Below, piece by piece: positions 23,885 to 37,460 of a stretch of 64,000 nt of DNA (positions are counted from its first letter, which is position 1; the number at the start of each line of letters is the position of its first letter). A program made the position numbers and the translations under genes. Source of the DNA: Sarea resinae (lineage: Eukaryota); NCBI GenBank assembly GCA_026026165.1, contig JAPEUD010000016.1, positions 1-64,000 on the forward strand. The letters are read 5' to 3'. Below the pieces are notes generated by a model, which worked only from the letters and a program-made list of their open reading frames with translations, was not told the DNA's origin and did no database searches.

Positions 23885-25683
23885 ATGGACGACCTCCTCT
23901 CCCTCTTCCAGCGCTGGTCTCTGCCGGTGCTGATCTGCCTCGTCCTCGGTCTCATTCTTTTCACCCTCGTCAATTCCATGCGCGATACCAATGCAAGCAA
24001 GCTACCGACCATCAACAGCAAGGGAATCTGGGAGTTTTCCGACAAGCGCGTCAAGCAGAACCATGTGCGCAACGGGCGTCAACTGCTCCGTGAGGGTTTG
24101 AAGAGATTCAACGGCAGCCCGTTCCGGATGCTGACTGAGTCCGGGCCCATCACCATCCTCCCGCCTGAGTACGCCCACGAAATTCGCAACATTCCCAGCC
24201 TGGACCATACGGCGGCCATTGCTAAGGTGGGCTGGTGTTCTCCATGGAGCCATTATTGCCCGTGCTAATACGACGGCACACCTAGATGGTCAACGCTCGT
24301 TATCCCGGTTTGGAAGCATTCCACGAGTTTGCGTTTGGTGGAGACCTCATCCAGGATGTCGTCAAACTCAAGTTGACACAGGCGCTGGGTATGTTGCTTC
24401 CTATTACTCAACTGCATTCCATCGCTAACCGTCACGATCAGCGAACATGACCGAGGCGCTCTCTGATGAGACTTCTTTGACCCTTCGTGATTCTTTCACC
24501 GACGAGAAAGGCGGGCTCCGAATCAGACATGGTGGTGGTAGACTCCTTCAGCTAATGACTTGACAGAGTGGCACGCCATCGTTACGAACTCGACTCTCCT
24601 CGGCGCGGTGGCTCGCGTCTCCTCCCGTCTCTTCCTGGGCGACCGACTATGCCGCGACCCCGAATGGCTGAACATTACGACCACTTACACGCACCATGTG
24701 ACCAGTGCAGTCATGGAGCTCAACTCGTGGCCCTCTCTACTACGTCCATTCATCTTCTGGTACTTGCCACGTTTCCGTGAACTGATGCGTCAAGTCCGAG
24801 AAGCGCATCGGGTCATGGGTAAAGTCCTGGAGGAGCGTCGGGCCTTGGAGGCCGCGGGAAAGGCCCCAGAATACGTCGACGCCATCGAATGGTTCAAGCA
24901 GGTGGCCAATGGTCGCAAATACGATCCGGTCCATGTGCAGCTGACTCTGTCTTTTGTCGCGATCCACACAACTGCCGACATGGTCACCCAATTGATGTTC
25001 GACCTTGCCCAGAATCCCGAGTATATCCAACCCCTTCGTGACGAAGTGATTGCGGTACTCGGAAACCAGGGCTGGAAAAAGACGTCCTTGTACAACATGA
25101 AATTGCTTGATAGTGTACTCAAGGAGTGTCAGAGATTGAGGCCGATCAACGACAGTAAGGCAGCTTTCTATTACTCATTGGCTTTCTTATCAGGCATTCA
25201 CTATATTCAAAGATCTCGGTTTTCCCAGACCGCTGACAACTTTTCAAATTAGCCTCTTTGCAGCGACTTGCTCTGAGCGACGTGAAGCTTTCCGATGGGA
25301 CAACGCTCCAGCGCAACGGGATATCTTGTGTCGCTTCAGTCCGCCACTGGGACCCCGAATACTACTCTGACCCGCTGAGGTTCGATGGATATCGGTTCCT
25401 GAGGTTGCGGGAAGAGCCTGGCAAGGAGAACACCTCCCAATTTGTCTCGAATACCCCGAATCATCTGGGTTTCGGATACGGACAACATGCATGCCCCGGC
25501 CGCTTCTTCGCATCGAACGAGATCAAGATCATCATGTGCCACATCCTGCTGCAATACGACTGGAGGTTGCCAGAGGGGCAGGAGCCAAAGATCCTCGTTC
25601 ATGGATTCAATCTGATCGCCGATCACAAGACAAAGCTCGAGATTCGCCGACGCCAGGAGGAAATCGACATTGACCATCTTTGA
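23885..25683 (+). CDS. Cytochrome P450 monooxygenase (CYP68/ent-kaurene-oxidase-like group), 5 exons
   Basis: N-terminal TM anchor, I-helix FVAIHTT, ExxR (KECQR), FDGYRF, heme motif FGYGQHACPGRFFA. Exons approx 23885-24226, 24286-24388, 24441-24510, 24567-25154, 25253-25683. Confidence 0.95.
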
Positions 25684-26696
25684 TCGCACATCTGAATTAC
25701 TAAGCCCTTGTGTGGCCGCAACTTTTTCTACAAATGGTAACCTTCCTTGCCAATCGGCAAACCTTGTTGCAATCACAACCGCAGGGGTTGCGATTCTCTG
25801 ATTGGTTGGATGATGCTGCTATACAAGGCCGATATAACCCCTTTATTACGTTGTTAGTATATTCGGCACTGATATTCTTCTTTTTTTTTCTTTTCAACTT
25901 GTAGCAAGAACTCAATACAACGTTCTCTTCATCAAATTGTAGTCCGATGCCATAGTCTCTGTGCAGGTGTAAGACTTCGGTATTTCCTGGTAGGTGGGGA
26001 TGTCAGGCAAGCGCTTCACTCAAGCTCTCCAGGAAGAGATCCAGAATGCCATTGCAGCTGGTACCCCTCCTCCTAAGATGGCTGCATCGTTCCCTGTTTC
26101 GCTGTCAATGGGTATACGAGCTCCGCTTGGACCAGGAGGTGCAGGGTACCTAGGTACCGTTCGTTGTACGTCTGCAAGCTTAGGAGAGCCCCTGCATTAT
26201 CTGCGCATCCTTGCCACGCGCAGACTGAACGTATCCATACGAAACAGGACGAGGAGCTTCGTGCTCGCCCGCAGTTGCATGAGCGACAACAGCTGCAGTC
26301 CAGCGATATATCACATATGTGGTCAACGAGCAGGATTGCATAGACTGCAGAACGATAAAGCTTCAGGGCAGGGTTACCTACCTCAGAGGGTTATAGCCCC
26401 GATTGGCCAATATAAAAATCAAGTTATCTGTCTGCACGATGGTGAAATTCATCTAGACCTGCAGATCATATGTTCCCTCCTTCGCGATTCTGCGCTTCGA
26501 GTCCAGACCATGCATCCGCTCGGCCACGAGGAGCTTTCATCCACTCTGCACAAATGCGCTGTCGGATCTGGACACGCCGATGCGCAGCTGGATGTTCTAT
26601 ATCCCCGCATTCCCTAATCAGTTACATTACCTAGAAAGCGCAGTTGTCGAAACAGAACTATCACGGCTACAACACCATAATCGATAGTAACGGGCC

Positions 26697-27738
26697 ATGG
26701 CGACCGAGATGGAAGGACATTTTGCTTTCGTTGGTAAGCCTTGGAAAAGCGCAGACGGAGAGTTTCACTGGTCGCGGGTCACTGACTCGATATCCGCAGG
26801 CCTGGGAGCCATGGGCTTCGGCATGGCGAGCAACATCCGACAGAAGATGGCTTCGTCGTCGGTGCTGTTCATCTGCGACATCCACCGTCCCGCCTGCGAC
26901 AGATTCGTATCCGAGTTCAGCCAATTCGGGCCCATAGAGATTGTGCCGTCGGCGAAAGAGGCCGCGGCGAACGCCAAGGTCTTTATATCCAGCCTGCCCA
27001 GTACTGCGGTCATTCGCAAAGTCTACCTGGACGATGCCGATGGTGTCATCGCCGCGCCCGCAGACCCGCACAGGTTGATCTTGGAGTCGAGCACCACAGA
27101 TGTGTCGTCGGCGCGGGGGGTCGCAGAGCAGCTGGCAGCCGCTCACGCTGGGTGCTATGTGGATACGCCTGTATCGGTATGCTTCAAAGAGGGGTTTTTC
27201 TTTGCCAGCGTATTGACCAATACAGGGCGGAGCGCAGGCATCGACGGCGGGTAAATTGTCTTTCATGATCGGGCATCTCAAACCCGAGGAGTCCGATGCC
27301 ATGGGACGACGACTCGAAAGGATTCTGACGATGATGGGGGAGCCGCGGAAGCTGTTTTGGTGTGGCAGACTGGGCGCCGGGCTCGCGGCAAAGATCAGCA
27401 ACAATTACATCTCCTGCACCGTCTTTCTCGTCGTCGCAGAGGCCCTGGCAATCGGAGTCCGGTCGGGCATCGACCCAAAGCTGCTCCAAGAAGTCATCCA
27501 CAACTCGTCAGGACAGACCTTCATGGGCGACATTGTCAGTAATGTGCCGAGGACGGAATTGCAGGGCCGGAATGGGTTTCCAATCCACCTGATGATCAAG
27601 GACGTCGGTCTCGGCATCGATGTTGGAAATGAGACTGGCGTCACACCGAGAATGGCTCTAGCAGCACTGGAAATCTGGAAGGAGGCTGCAGAAGACCCTG
27701 ACTTCATCAACCACGATGGCTTTCGCAACGATAAGTAG
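26697..27738 (+). CDS. 3-hydroxyisobutyrate/6-phosphogluconate-dehydrogenase-like NAD(P) oxidoreductase, 3 exons
   Basis: GLGAMGFGMA Rossmann motif, DTPVSGG after splicing, GAGLAAKISNN, MIKDVGLG. Confidence 0.88.
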
Positions 27739-27749
27739 TAAGAGAGCTC

Positions 27750-28580
27750 ACGCGTCTAGCGACTACCGCTACACGACTAAATGATTGCAATTGTCCTCTC
27801 AGTAGTTTCAACTATTCACGGGAACTTGGCGATGTCTAGCTTTTGACGTGCGCTGTGTATACCTCTCTTATATGGTCTAAGACTACTCCCATGATTAAGT
27901 CCTGCAGAAGGTTGGCAAGATATCTGGCGGTGGATTGCCAGTTGAACTCTCTGTAGTTGTAGTAGCTACAAAGGACGTCGAGTTCGCAATTAGCTTCTAA
28001 AGTCGTCTTTAGATATTTGATAACTATAGATGTAAAGACTATCTTACTATACTAAGCGTACCTAGGCATTACAAAAGCTAACTAAGCTTTTTCCTAGTAA
28101 ACAAACTTCTTATCATCTATCAGCCACGAGCTAGTCCCTGCCTAGTGCTTGACGAAGATGTCATGGTGTTTGGAGCTAAAGTTCAGCGGCAATAGCTATT
28201 AGAGTATCTCCTGCCTCACTGTAGTCTTCGTATCAGCTAGGTTTTCCGCGACTTCAAATAACATACTCTTACTAGGACGTCGGACGAATTGACTATCGTT
28301 CGAAGTCTCGGCAGCCTTCCGCGTGTTCAAAATATCGTCACTGGGAACATATCAAGAAAGTCTGTCGTATACGCTGCTGCTGTCGCCGCATATCCTTGCC
28401 ATCAGTCGTTTTCTAGATTTATAGTATATAGGTGTATTCTCTAGAAAGTAAAGATAGTATATCAGTAGTCGATAAGATATTTTAAACTGCTAAGAACCTA
28501 CTTCACTACTAGTTTATGCAATATTATTGCGTATATATTTACTCTGAACTTACGAATACTTTCGAGAAATAATGCACTTC
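27750..28580. other. TpA-rich intergenic relic, probably a RIP-mutated repeat fragment
   Basis: Local TpA enrichment and no ORFs between convergent genes. Confidence 0.45.
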
Positions 28581-28589
28581 TATTTGAAA

Positions 28590-30658
28590 TTAGACTTCCT
28601 TTGCTTTTAACATCTCCGCACTATACTTCTTGCGAGCTTTTAGCCACCAGCCTAGTGTCAGAATAATTAGGCCACCGACAACAACACAAGTATAATTCAT
28701 GTTCGAGGCTGTTTACATGAATTGTTAGAAGCTTTCAATCAGTAATGAATTGGAGAGAGTAAAGAGAGCGTTAGAAAATTCCCCTCATACAGTGACGTAC
28801 CTACGACAGGTTTGTAGTAAGGGAAAGAGAAAAAGACAATGGCAAAAGCAAGCCAGCAGACGGTAATGGTATTGACAATTATTCCGGCTTTAGGACCGAG
28901 GTTGAACGTCCCTCGATGCATGTTCTTACGCCCCGTGAGCAGGTTAGTCAAGATCGGAATCATGTAAGCCAGATTGTTGATCGTAACGGCGGAGCCAAGT
29001 AGAGAATTAAAGGCCGTTGAGGATCCAAGATATATGCAGCCAAGAGCAGCTATGATAGCGGTCACCGCGAGCTGAGAATTCATGGGGATCTTGAACGACG
29101 GATGGACTTTGGACCAACTGATGCGAAACGGGTTAGTCTTAGGATAATGTCAACCTGCTGAGCGTGAAAAGAGGAGGTACTGACACCTTGGAGAATGGCA
29201 TCGCTGCATCTCGCGAAAAGGCCCAGAAGACTCTTCCTGTACTTAGCTGCGAACTGACGACGCAGGGTCCAAGAGCAACAAATAGCATGAAAGTCAAAGC
29301 GAAAGCGCCACCTGCGCTCTGCGTAGTCTGACGGAAGAGCTCCGCGAGGGGGAGATCGGTGTTTGAGGTAGACAGTTCGGAATAGTTTTGGACGGAGAAC
29401 ATGAGTGCGATGAGATAAGTCAGACCGGTAACAAATGCAATGCTGAGAGTGATCGCTAGGAGGTGTACGAGTCAGCTGGCTTGACTTTGGTTCTCAAAAT
29501 TCACGCTTACCGATGGCAAGAGGAGCGTTCCGGGAAGGCTAGGAGCCTAGATTAGCAATACCATCGCAAACAAAGGAGGAACCAGGCGAGATCAGATTCA
29601 CGGGTTCCCTATCTTACATTCGGCATTTCTTCGGTGATGTGGGTGACACCGTCCAAACCTCCAAGGCTATAAAGAGGATTGACAAGGCCAGTGATGAAAC
29701 AAATGACCTGATTATCCCAACCGGTATTGTTGATCCAAGTTCGAAAAACGAATTTAGAGCTCTGGTGAGTCGGAGCGCAGGCCGCCACAGTGACCATGAC
29801 TACGAACCAGCCAATCTGAAGATAGAATACTATTTCAAGAGTGAGAGCAAAGTTAGCTAGAGCTCCAGGGGTTTGCTTTTGCCGCAAAGGAGAGAGTATA
29901 TTCACAGGAGAATTTGTTCAGGGCGGGAATGGTTTTGTTGCCAAACATGACAATTCCGGCGGTAATGAGATTCAGCACTTCATAAGCAACAAACGTTTGC
30001 CAGGTCTTGATCTCCATGTCCGGGTGGTACAACGCAATCAAAGCCATGAAGTTTTGCGCGTATATCAAATTGGTCGAAGCAGTGGTAAAGATCCCTTTGT
30101 TTCAAGGTCAGATATCTCTCTCTCAACGAGGAAAGGCCATACCATACAGCCAAGCACGGTAAACCAGCCGGTCATAAAGCTCAGAAAGCCCATAGTCTTT
30201 TTAGGCGAAATTGCCGCAATCCAGTGGTACATGCCACCTTCGGTTGGGTAAGAGGAAACAAACTCGGCCAGAGAAGCGCCAAGGAAGCATTGCAGCACGG
30301 CGACGAGGATAAATCCATAAATGACTGCACCTGGGCCACCGGCACCAATTTCAGTAACTAGACCGAGACCGAGACCCGTCCATGAAATAGTGGTCGTTGA
30401 GGCCAGACCGATCAAGCTCAGAATACTAAAGTGACGAGCCAATTCTTGGGTATGCCCTATTGTCATGGACATGAGCGTGGTCTGCGGATTGACGCTATTT
30501 GAAGTCATCACGCGAAATCAAGCGAACGAACCCATCTGCTTCAGGCGGAATTCATCCGCATTGATGATCTCGCCCTGTCCCTCTTCACTTCCCTTGCGAT
30601 CATGATCCACGCCCGATGCCGAAACTGTTTCCACACTCTTTTTATCGTCAAAAAGCAT
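28590..30658 (-). CDS. APC-family amino acid/choline/GABA permease, multi-exon
   Basis: GHTQELARHFS, GGPGAVIYG, LAEFVSSYPTEGGMYHW, HITEEMPN, RVFWAFSRDAAMPFS. ATG at 30658, TAA at 28590. Confidence 0.92.
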
Positions 30659-31521
30659 TCTTGCGTCTCTGTCGTCTCGGTTTGGATCAGGCTAACAGTG
30701 AAGATCCAATCAGCGAACAATTGTCCTGCTCGACAATGACGATCAAGATGAAGAACACTTCGATATCCTCGGACTGCTGACGAGGAGCTGCTGGGAGTCA
30801 TATAAAACTGCCGGCATCGCTATCAATGGTATTGTCGGTATCGCGTTATCATGTTCGTTATCAGGAGAATCAGGAGAATGGAAACCGGCGTGGTACATAC
30901 AATGCGTTATTTGTACACGGTTGTATCGCAAAAGCTCGACCTTGACATTGATGACAAGTGACGACGAGTAACGAGGAACGGTGAGCTTATCACAATCTCG
31001 TATCTGCTCCAAGTCTTGGCCCGGCAAATCTCGATTGACCCGGCGAAGTTGACGAATCTCCCACGTTGCAAGGCCGATTAGGTACGCCGGTGCACGCCAC
31101 AGTACCGCAGTACAGATGCTATGGGGACGGACGAGAGGTACCGGGTTGGGGCTAGATTGCGACTGTGGAGATAGGGTCGAGATAGCCACGTAGCTGGGGG
31201 TGGACTTAGAGTCGGCGGTCTCGTGGCGCCGGTTAAATTCTCCTGGGCATCCGGCAGAGGGAGGGGTTCTTCTCCTCTCAGTTCAGCACCGCTTCTCCGT
31301 GATCCCCACGATGGACTTGATAGCTCGGGTCTCTTGAATGAAGAGCTATTGTCGCCAAGCGATAGCGACGACAGCGACGATAGCGATGATCAAAGCAATG
31401 CCAATGCGACTGTCTTTCTTCTTCAAAAGTCATAAAGCATCCCCTTTGTCGCGTTTCCCATGATGTCAAAGGAAGATGGTGATCCGCACATCGACCTGAT
31501 GCCCTCTTTCCCTCACCGACC

Positions 31522-33545
31522 ATGAGGCTCGCGACCGTAGCTGCGGCGGCTGCAATGTCCCTTGACAGACTGACCGCGGCCTCTTCTTTGTCCACCCGAT
31601 CTCCCAATGCGCAAAGTCTTCTGACTGAGTCGATGACGTGGATGGACATCTATTACGACCCATCCGCCGGCTATCTGCACGACTTCAGCGCCCAGACGGC
31701 CCTGCATCATGAAACGCGTAGTTCAGCTTGGTATTCCGTTGGGCTGCTGGCCAGGAATCAGGGCGAAGATGTCGCCCAAGCGGAGCTCATCATCAGAAAT
31801 ACTATCAAAGGACAGTACAAAAACGCCTCGGAACAATGGTGAGAAAACTCCGCCCTTGGAGTATGTGGTTGACTGTAACATCTCACAGGTACGGAGAGTA
31901 TCAGCAAGAGCCAGAAGAACCATATGTTGGGTCACCGGCCTATCCGCAAAAAATATACGGCACGTGGGACGCAAACTGGCGAGGGTTTATCGCAACGACC
32001 TTTATCGTCGCACTTGAGGAGTTTGGCGGACTGATCAGCGAGGACACGACGAGGCTGATGAAAGAATCCTTGCGGATCGCAGCCATTGGCGACTCCTACC
32101 GCATCGGTGGTGTGGAAAATGACAACCTATATCCAGCGTACAGCAATCCGGTGAGGAGTCCAAACGGAGCCATGTCCGCCGAAAAGGAGAGGACTGGCGT
32201 ACTGATCATCGAATCTAGTCCTTGATGCGTGCATTCGCGTCCGGGTGGACCGGTCGTCGCTTGAATGATACTAATATGACAGCAGCCGGCGAGCAGTACG
32301 CACAGCAGGTTGTGGATCTATTCAATAGGGCAAACACCCTGTCCGAGTTCAACAGCGGCACTTATACCGGCGTCTCGCTGTTCGCTCTGACGTTGTGGGC
32401 CAAGTATCTTCCTAGCGATTCGATCATGCAGCAATATGGTCCCAAGATCATCAGCTATACGTGGGAAGACGTGGCCCAGCTATGGCACCCGGACCTCAAA
32501 AACATGGCAGGACCGTGGGATCGTGCATATGGATTTGACATGAATCGCTACCTGAGTCTGATGGCATTGCACTTTTGGACCATCATCGGCAAAGAGAAGT
32601 CTTCTCTCCTCCCAAGGGTAAGATGAAAATTGAAAAGCCTTTGCTGGGGTACATGCGAGACATATTCTCACGACTTGTGCTGATTTAAAGGTCAGCCTGA
32701 GATCATGTCACACAGCGCCGACTATGCCTTCGGTCCCCTGATTGCTGTACTCGCCGATTTCCACCGCACTCTTGTGCCCGCGGACGTCCTATCTCGTCTC
32801 GAAAGCTTCTCAGGCGAACACACATTTACCTCTTCGGCATACTCGCCTCCATACGACTACCAGCCTCGAAATATCACCTCGTGGCTGGCGCCGAACATCA
32901 GCATCGGCGCCGAGACTTTCAACGAGACTGTCATTGGTGGACCGGCAAAGAACCAGGACACTTTCAACCCGGCAGTCATTCAATGGGCGACAGGCAAAGG
33001 TGGCATTGGATTCATCTCGGTGGGTCGCCCCTTCTTTGTCTTTACAGTGCGAAAGCAATCCTCCAGCTGCGGGCCCGGAAAGGCATGAGGGAGAAGAAAC
33101 TTACAGGGAACTAATCACATCGTCTCCATACAGCTATATGCGACGGAGCCTGCGCTCATTACTGAAGTCAGCCCGTACCGATTGAGCCTGACATACCCCT
33201 TCGGAAACAGCTCGTCGATATTCAGCTTCATCGTCTCGACAGTCAATTCCAAGCCAACTATCTCCGGTTGGACGGACTTGGAAGGGCTATCGGTGAACGT
33301 CTCTGGCAGCATAAATTTGACATATTCTCTATCGTTCGCTGGTCTCTACGGAGGCGATGACACTCCTATCAAGTAAGAACTCTCTTGCTGGAAGCTCTTC
33401 CCTGTATAGAACGATGAGGGAATCCCGAAAAGTCTTGCTAACAATGTCTTCCAGCAACTTTGAGTATTGGAATTTTACATACAGTGTCTTTGAAGAGGTT
33501 TTTGAGCCACCGAAAATAGTCTTAGATATTACTTTAAGCGCTTAA
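31522..33545 (+). CDS. Putative secreted hypothetical protein, multi-exon (possibly an enzyme)
   Basis: Signal-peptide-like start, consecutive coding exons with GT-AG introns, many N-glycosylation sequons, motifs HETRSSAWY, WDANWRGF, LSEFNSGTY, AGPWDRAYG. Confidence 0.8.
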
Positions 33546-33876
33546 AATATAGACTTGTAGAGACAGTCTACTTAAGCTTTTCCACGACTTGTATACTCGG
33601 CACCTTTTCATACATTTAACTATTACAAGGTTGCAAGGTCCCTTGTAGCAGCTTAACTACTAGTTAAATTAGAGGGTTAAAAATCAAAGGCTTAGTTATA
33701 TACAGTGTCCTAGAAGAATGGTGTAGGTTTCCTCTCTCTCTAAAATTCGACCGAGTCAATATAACGGAAGGTAATTCTTTGATCCTAGTTGAATCAATTA
33801 TAGACGCGATGCTACCACTCTTCAAACCCCTCAAACATCCGACACCAACTACAGGCCGGTGTGACGCTTCACATCC

Positions 33877-35335
33877 TCAAGGAACGGTCTGATTCGGGGT
33901 TACAATCGTCAGATCGACAAACGGAGTCTTTGACCTGCCTCCGATAAGCATTGCGCAAACGCTGGTATCTCCCAGCGCTTGGTCCGAGACGATCAAGCTT
34001 CCAGAATCCCCCTTATCTAAAAAAGCTGTTGTTCTGCCAGCTTCCTTGCAACCACGAATAGCGAACGCTCGAGTCAATATCGTCTTTTGCGTTCCGACCC
34101 TGTCAACCGCGGTTTTCCCTTGCAAGTAAACGGAAATTCGATGCCAAAGGACTGTACCTGTTGTAAGTCTCAATGGCCTGCCAGCTTTGCTGGCTCGACT
34201 CCCAGGAACCAATGCGGTAATATCGCTGACGACTATAAGGTCGATGGCATTATCGCCTTTGCGACATGCATGGATTAAAGCCCAGTCGACCGTCAGTCGG
34301 CCTTCATCGAGGAGGACAGAGTCATTTTCAACCCCCTTGTTAACTTCCTTCCTGAGTCCTGCTTCGGCAATGTTCCAGTCTCCATTCCATTCCGTACCAC
34401 AAAGGACAGGAGCTCGGAAGTGGTAGGTAACTGTTCCAATTTGCCTTTAGAAGGACAATCCCACTGCCCGAAGCGCGGCAAGTTTGGTTTCGAGGCCTTC
34501 GACGGTCTGTTTCGCATCAGTGGCCTTTTTTTGCAGCCCCTCAGCGTGGACATCACTGACGCCGTTCTAGATAACGAGCGGCTCCTCGGTAAGCCTTTCG
34601 TATATTGCCTAAGCCCCTCTTCGTATTGATACCACTCTTCCAATTGAGCCTTGGCCTTTTCATAGTCAAACCTAGATGGCTGATTGATAGTAGTATTAGG
34701 AGTTCTCGCGTCTGTGTCTGCGTTGAGAACTCCCGAACCGACATGGCCGGCCGTCATCACGAAATTTTCCGAACCACCGTCAGTAAAGAAGCCCCGTAGC
34801 TTAGGGAGCCCGCCACGCTGCCTGCAGCAGCCAATCCGATCGATGCTCCCGAAGGAGGATGTTCCCAACAGCCCCGCAGTTCGTTTATTGAAGTCTCTCC
34901 GGCCCAGCTCTCGATGGCACCAGCACGGATCACGAAAGAGGCATCTCCAAAAGTTCTCTGGTCTATAGCACCACTTCTAGGGAATAGGAAAACGATAACA
35001 AGCCTCTCCAATGTAGTCCGGCGGCCGACCAGCTGGGCAGGAAAGACCGCCCATCCCTCATCAGTTCCATGGGCTTCGGCAATCACGTAAACCTCGAGAG
35101 CAATCTGACGCATCTGTAAGTCGAGTTGATCATTTCATTCTTCATTATTCAAAGTATGAAGTAAGGTTGGGCGGCCATTTGATGAGTCAAAGAATGGTAT
35201 GAGGTCGGTTGAGTACATTAGATCGATATCTGCTGGCGAAGCAACAAGCGGCCCGTCAGATCCTGCAGGAGACATACTTGGTGACAGCAAGAACGGCGTT
35301 GACGTTGATGTTCTGGGAGGCTCTCTCGTTCTCAT
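33877..35335 (-). pseudogene. Frameshifted trypsin-like serine protease domain gene
   Basis: VMTAGHV (catalytic His) and DKGDSGSLI (catalytic Ser) lie in separate, non-contiguous ORFs. Confidence 0.6.
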
Positions 35336-36296
35336 CTATTTGCTTCAATTGGTGCCGTTGGTTCTCCAAGACGCCGGATCTTTGATGGAGAATCTGAGGA
35401 TTTCGGGCTGTGTGTGGGGCCGCTTAGATGATCGGGTCTTGCAGACCATGATGGATACGTCGATGATTGTCAATCTGGAAGTAATGCCAAAGAATCTCAT
35501 CAACGGGTGTTAACTCACAATCGGAAGGAGAGAAGAAGAGCGGAGGTGCGAATCAAAATCTTCTACGTGCACAGTAATTACGAGCTGTTTATTATGTGTC
35601 TCCAGCCAGCGCTACAATCTCTCTTCGCTGTGAACGGTCAAGTGCTTCAGGATGGGTCCTTCCCGAACAGGTCCTCATAAGAGTTTCAATATGAATTGGA
35701 CGTAGATCACTAGTTTCCCTTTCTGCGTTTCTTGCGACACCGTATAGTATTGGTAGCTCCCTCCCAGACTATTAGGACAGCAAGTATCTCATGGACCAAA
35801 TGATATCTCTCGTGAATGGGAATAAATACCTTTCGTGATATGGGATATTGAGAGCCGTACACAAGAGCGTGAAATTGCTGTTATATAGAGGGCATAGCCG
35901 GCGGACGGGTCAAAATAGATGTCCATTCACGTCATCGACTCATTCAGAAGACTTTGCGCATTAGGAGATCTTGACAAACAAGAGGCCGTGGTCAGTCCAC
36001 CAAGGGCCATTGAAATCGCTGCGGCTGTGGTCGCGAGCCTCATAGTCGGTGAGAGACCGTAATCAAATGAGTCAAGTGCTTAAAGGTACCTGCCGAATTC
36101 ATTCACCAACGACACCTCGTACACCTCGTACCCTCTATGGCCCAGATCTCTCAGATCTCATCCCTAATTCGGCTTCTCCTCTGGTTCTCTTTGGTCTTCT
36201 AATCACTAAGATCACGGCACTCGCTCTTCTTAATTTCGAAACATTCTCGCCTCATTTTTCTCACCTCATTTCATCTTGGCTGGCCTCAAGCTCAAG

Positions 36297-37107
36297 ATGG
36301 TATCGATCAACGGGGCCCGCACCGCTGTCGAGGTGAACGATTTTCTCGAAACGCTGGGGAGAGACTATCCCCAAGTAAGGGTGTTTGATAAAGAGATTTG
36401 TAAACTCAATGCCAAGGGGCGAAATGCGGACAAGTTGCTCCAAGATATCTCGAGGGCTGAGGAGAGGCCCGATACCAGAGCGTATGGGACCGTTACCGAG
36501 CTGGTGGCCTTTCTAAGGACCAAGCCGACCATAGGGATGCTGGCAGGATCACCAGAGAAGGTGTTTGAGATGAGTCAGCTAGGGAAGGGCTTGAAGGAGG
36601 AGGCAGCGGGGCTTCAAGGACCGGCGCTAGTGGCTCATCGCGAGATGATGGTAGGGCAGGAAAGAGAATTTCTGGCTGGCTTAGCCCCATGGCACACTTT
36701 TGCCATTCTCTATCTCAGGAACCAGGTAAAATCTTTCGCGGCAGTTCATTTGCACGTGCAGAGTCTGAAACTAATCGGGAGGTGGCATCTAGCTATTCAT
36801 CTTTGATCCCTCCTATTCGAACCTGGGTTCGGATCAAACCCTCCTAAATCCCCCGGCGGCAGGGCGATACCGCCAGATCGGGCATTTTCGAAACCTCCAT
36901 CTGGCCCGGAGCCTCGTGAAGACGATGAGAGGAAAGAGAAAACTTGATACAATCTGGCTTGGGGGAGAAAAGATGAGGGAGGATCGCTGTTGGGACCAGA
37001 CCGCGGCTTGGATGGAAAATATTGCGATGAAGCTGAAGGGTGCGAAAGATGAGCTAGGCATCGAGCAGATTTTTGAGGGGATGGAATTCGAACAGATTAA
37101 GGAGTAG
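36297..37107 (+). pseudogene. Hypothetical gene, possibly disrupted
   Basis: Coding-like ORF from ATG 36297 with a GTAAAA donor near 36726; the downstream frame does not rejoin cleanly. Confidence 0.35.
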
Positions 37108-37389
37108 AGGATAGATGGAGGTATCTGGGGCGTTTGGTGATGAATTGTTTCTAGCCGGGGGGATAACAATGACAATAAAATAAGCGGGATGAAATACTTT
37201 GGCACATGCTGATTGAATATGTGTTGATGATAGAGGATGCCATTACGGTTCCCTCAACTCTTCTTCGATCCTGCGGTCCAGTGATTTTGCAATTTTGATG
37301 GTATCTTGATGGCGGAAGGAATTCGTCCGGCATCTTTCGATCTGACACGTTGGGTTGAAACTCATCACCACCCTTTAATCCTCCCCATT

Positions 37390-37460
37390 CAGTGCTGCCA
37401 ATGGTCCAAATGGTCTGGTCCAGACCGTCGGACCAGACCACCGGACCATCGACAGCACTG
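37390..37460. mobile_element. 71-bp hAT-type MITE / internally deleted DNA transposon
   Basis: 18-bp TIRs CAGTGCTGCCAATGGTCC / CAGTGCTGTCGATGGTCC (2 mismatches). Exact 8-bp TSD TCCCCATT at 37382-37389 and 37461-37468. Confidence 0.85.

Noticed and set aside
25994..26617. 207-aa ORF between the P450 and the dehydrogenase
   Set aside because: No recognisable motifs or convincing splice structure; may be a gene relic but cannot be supported.
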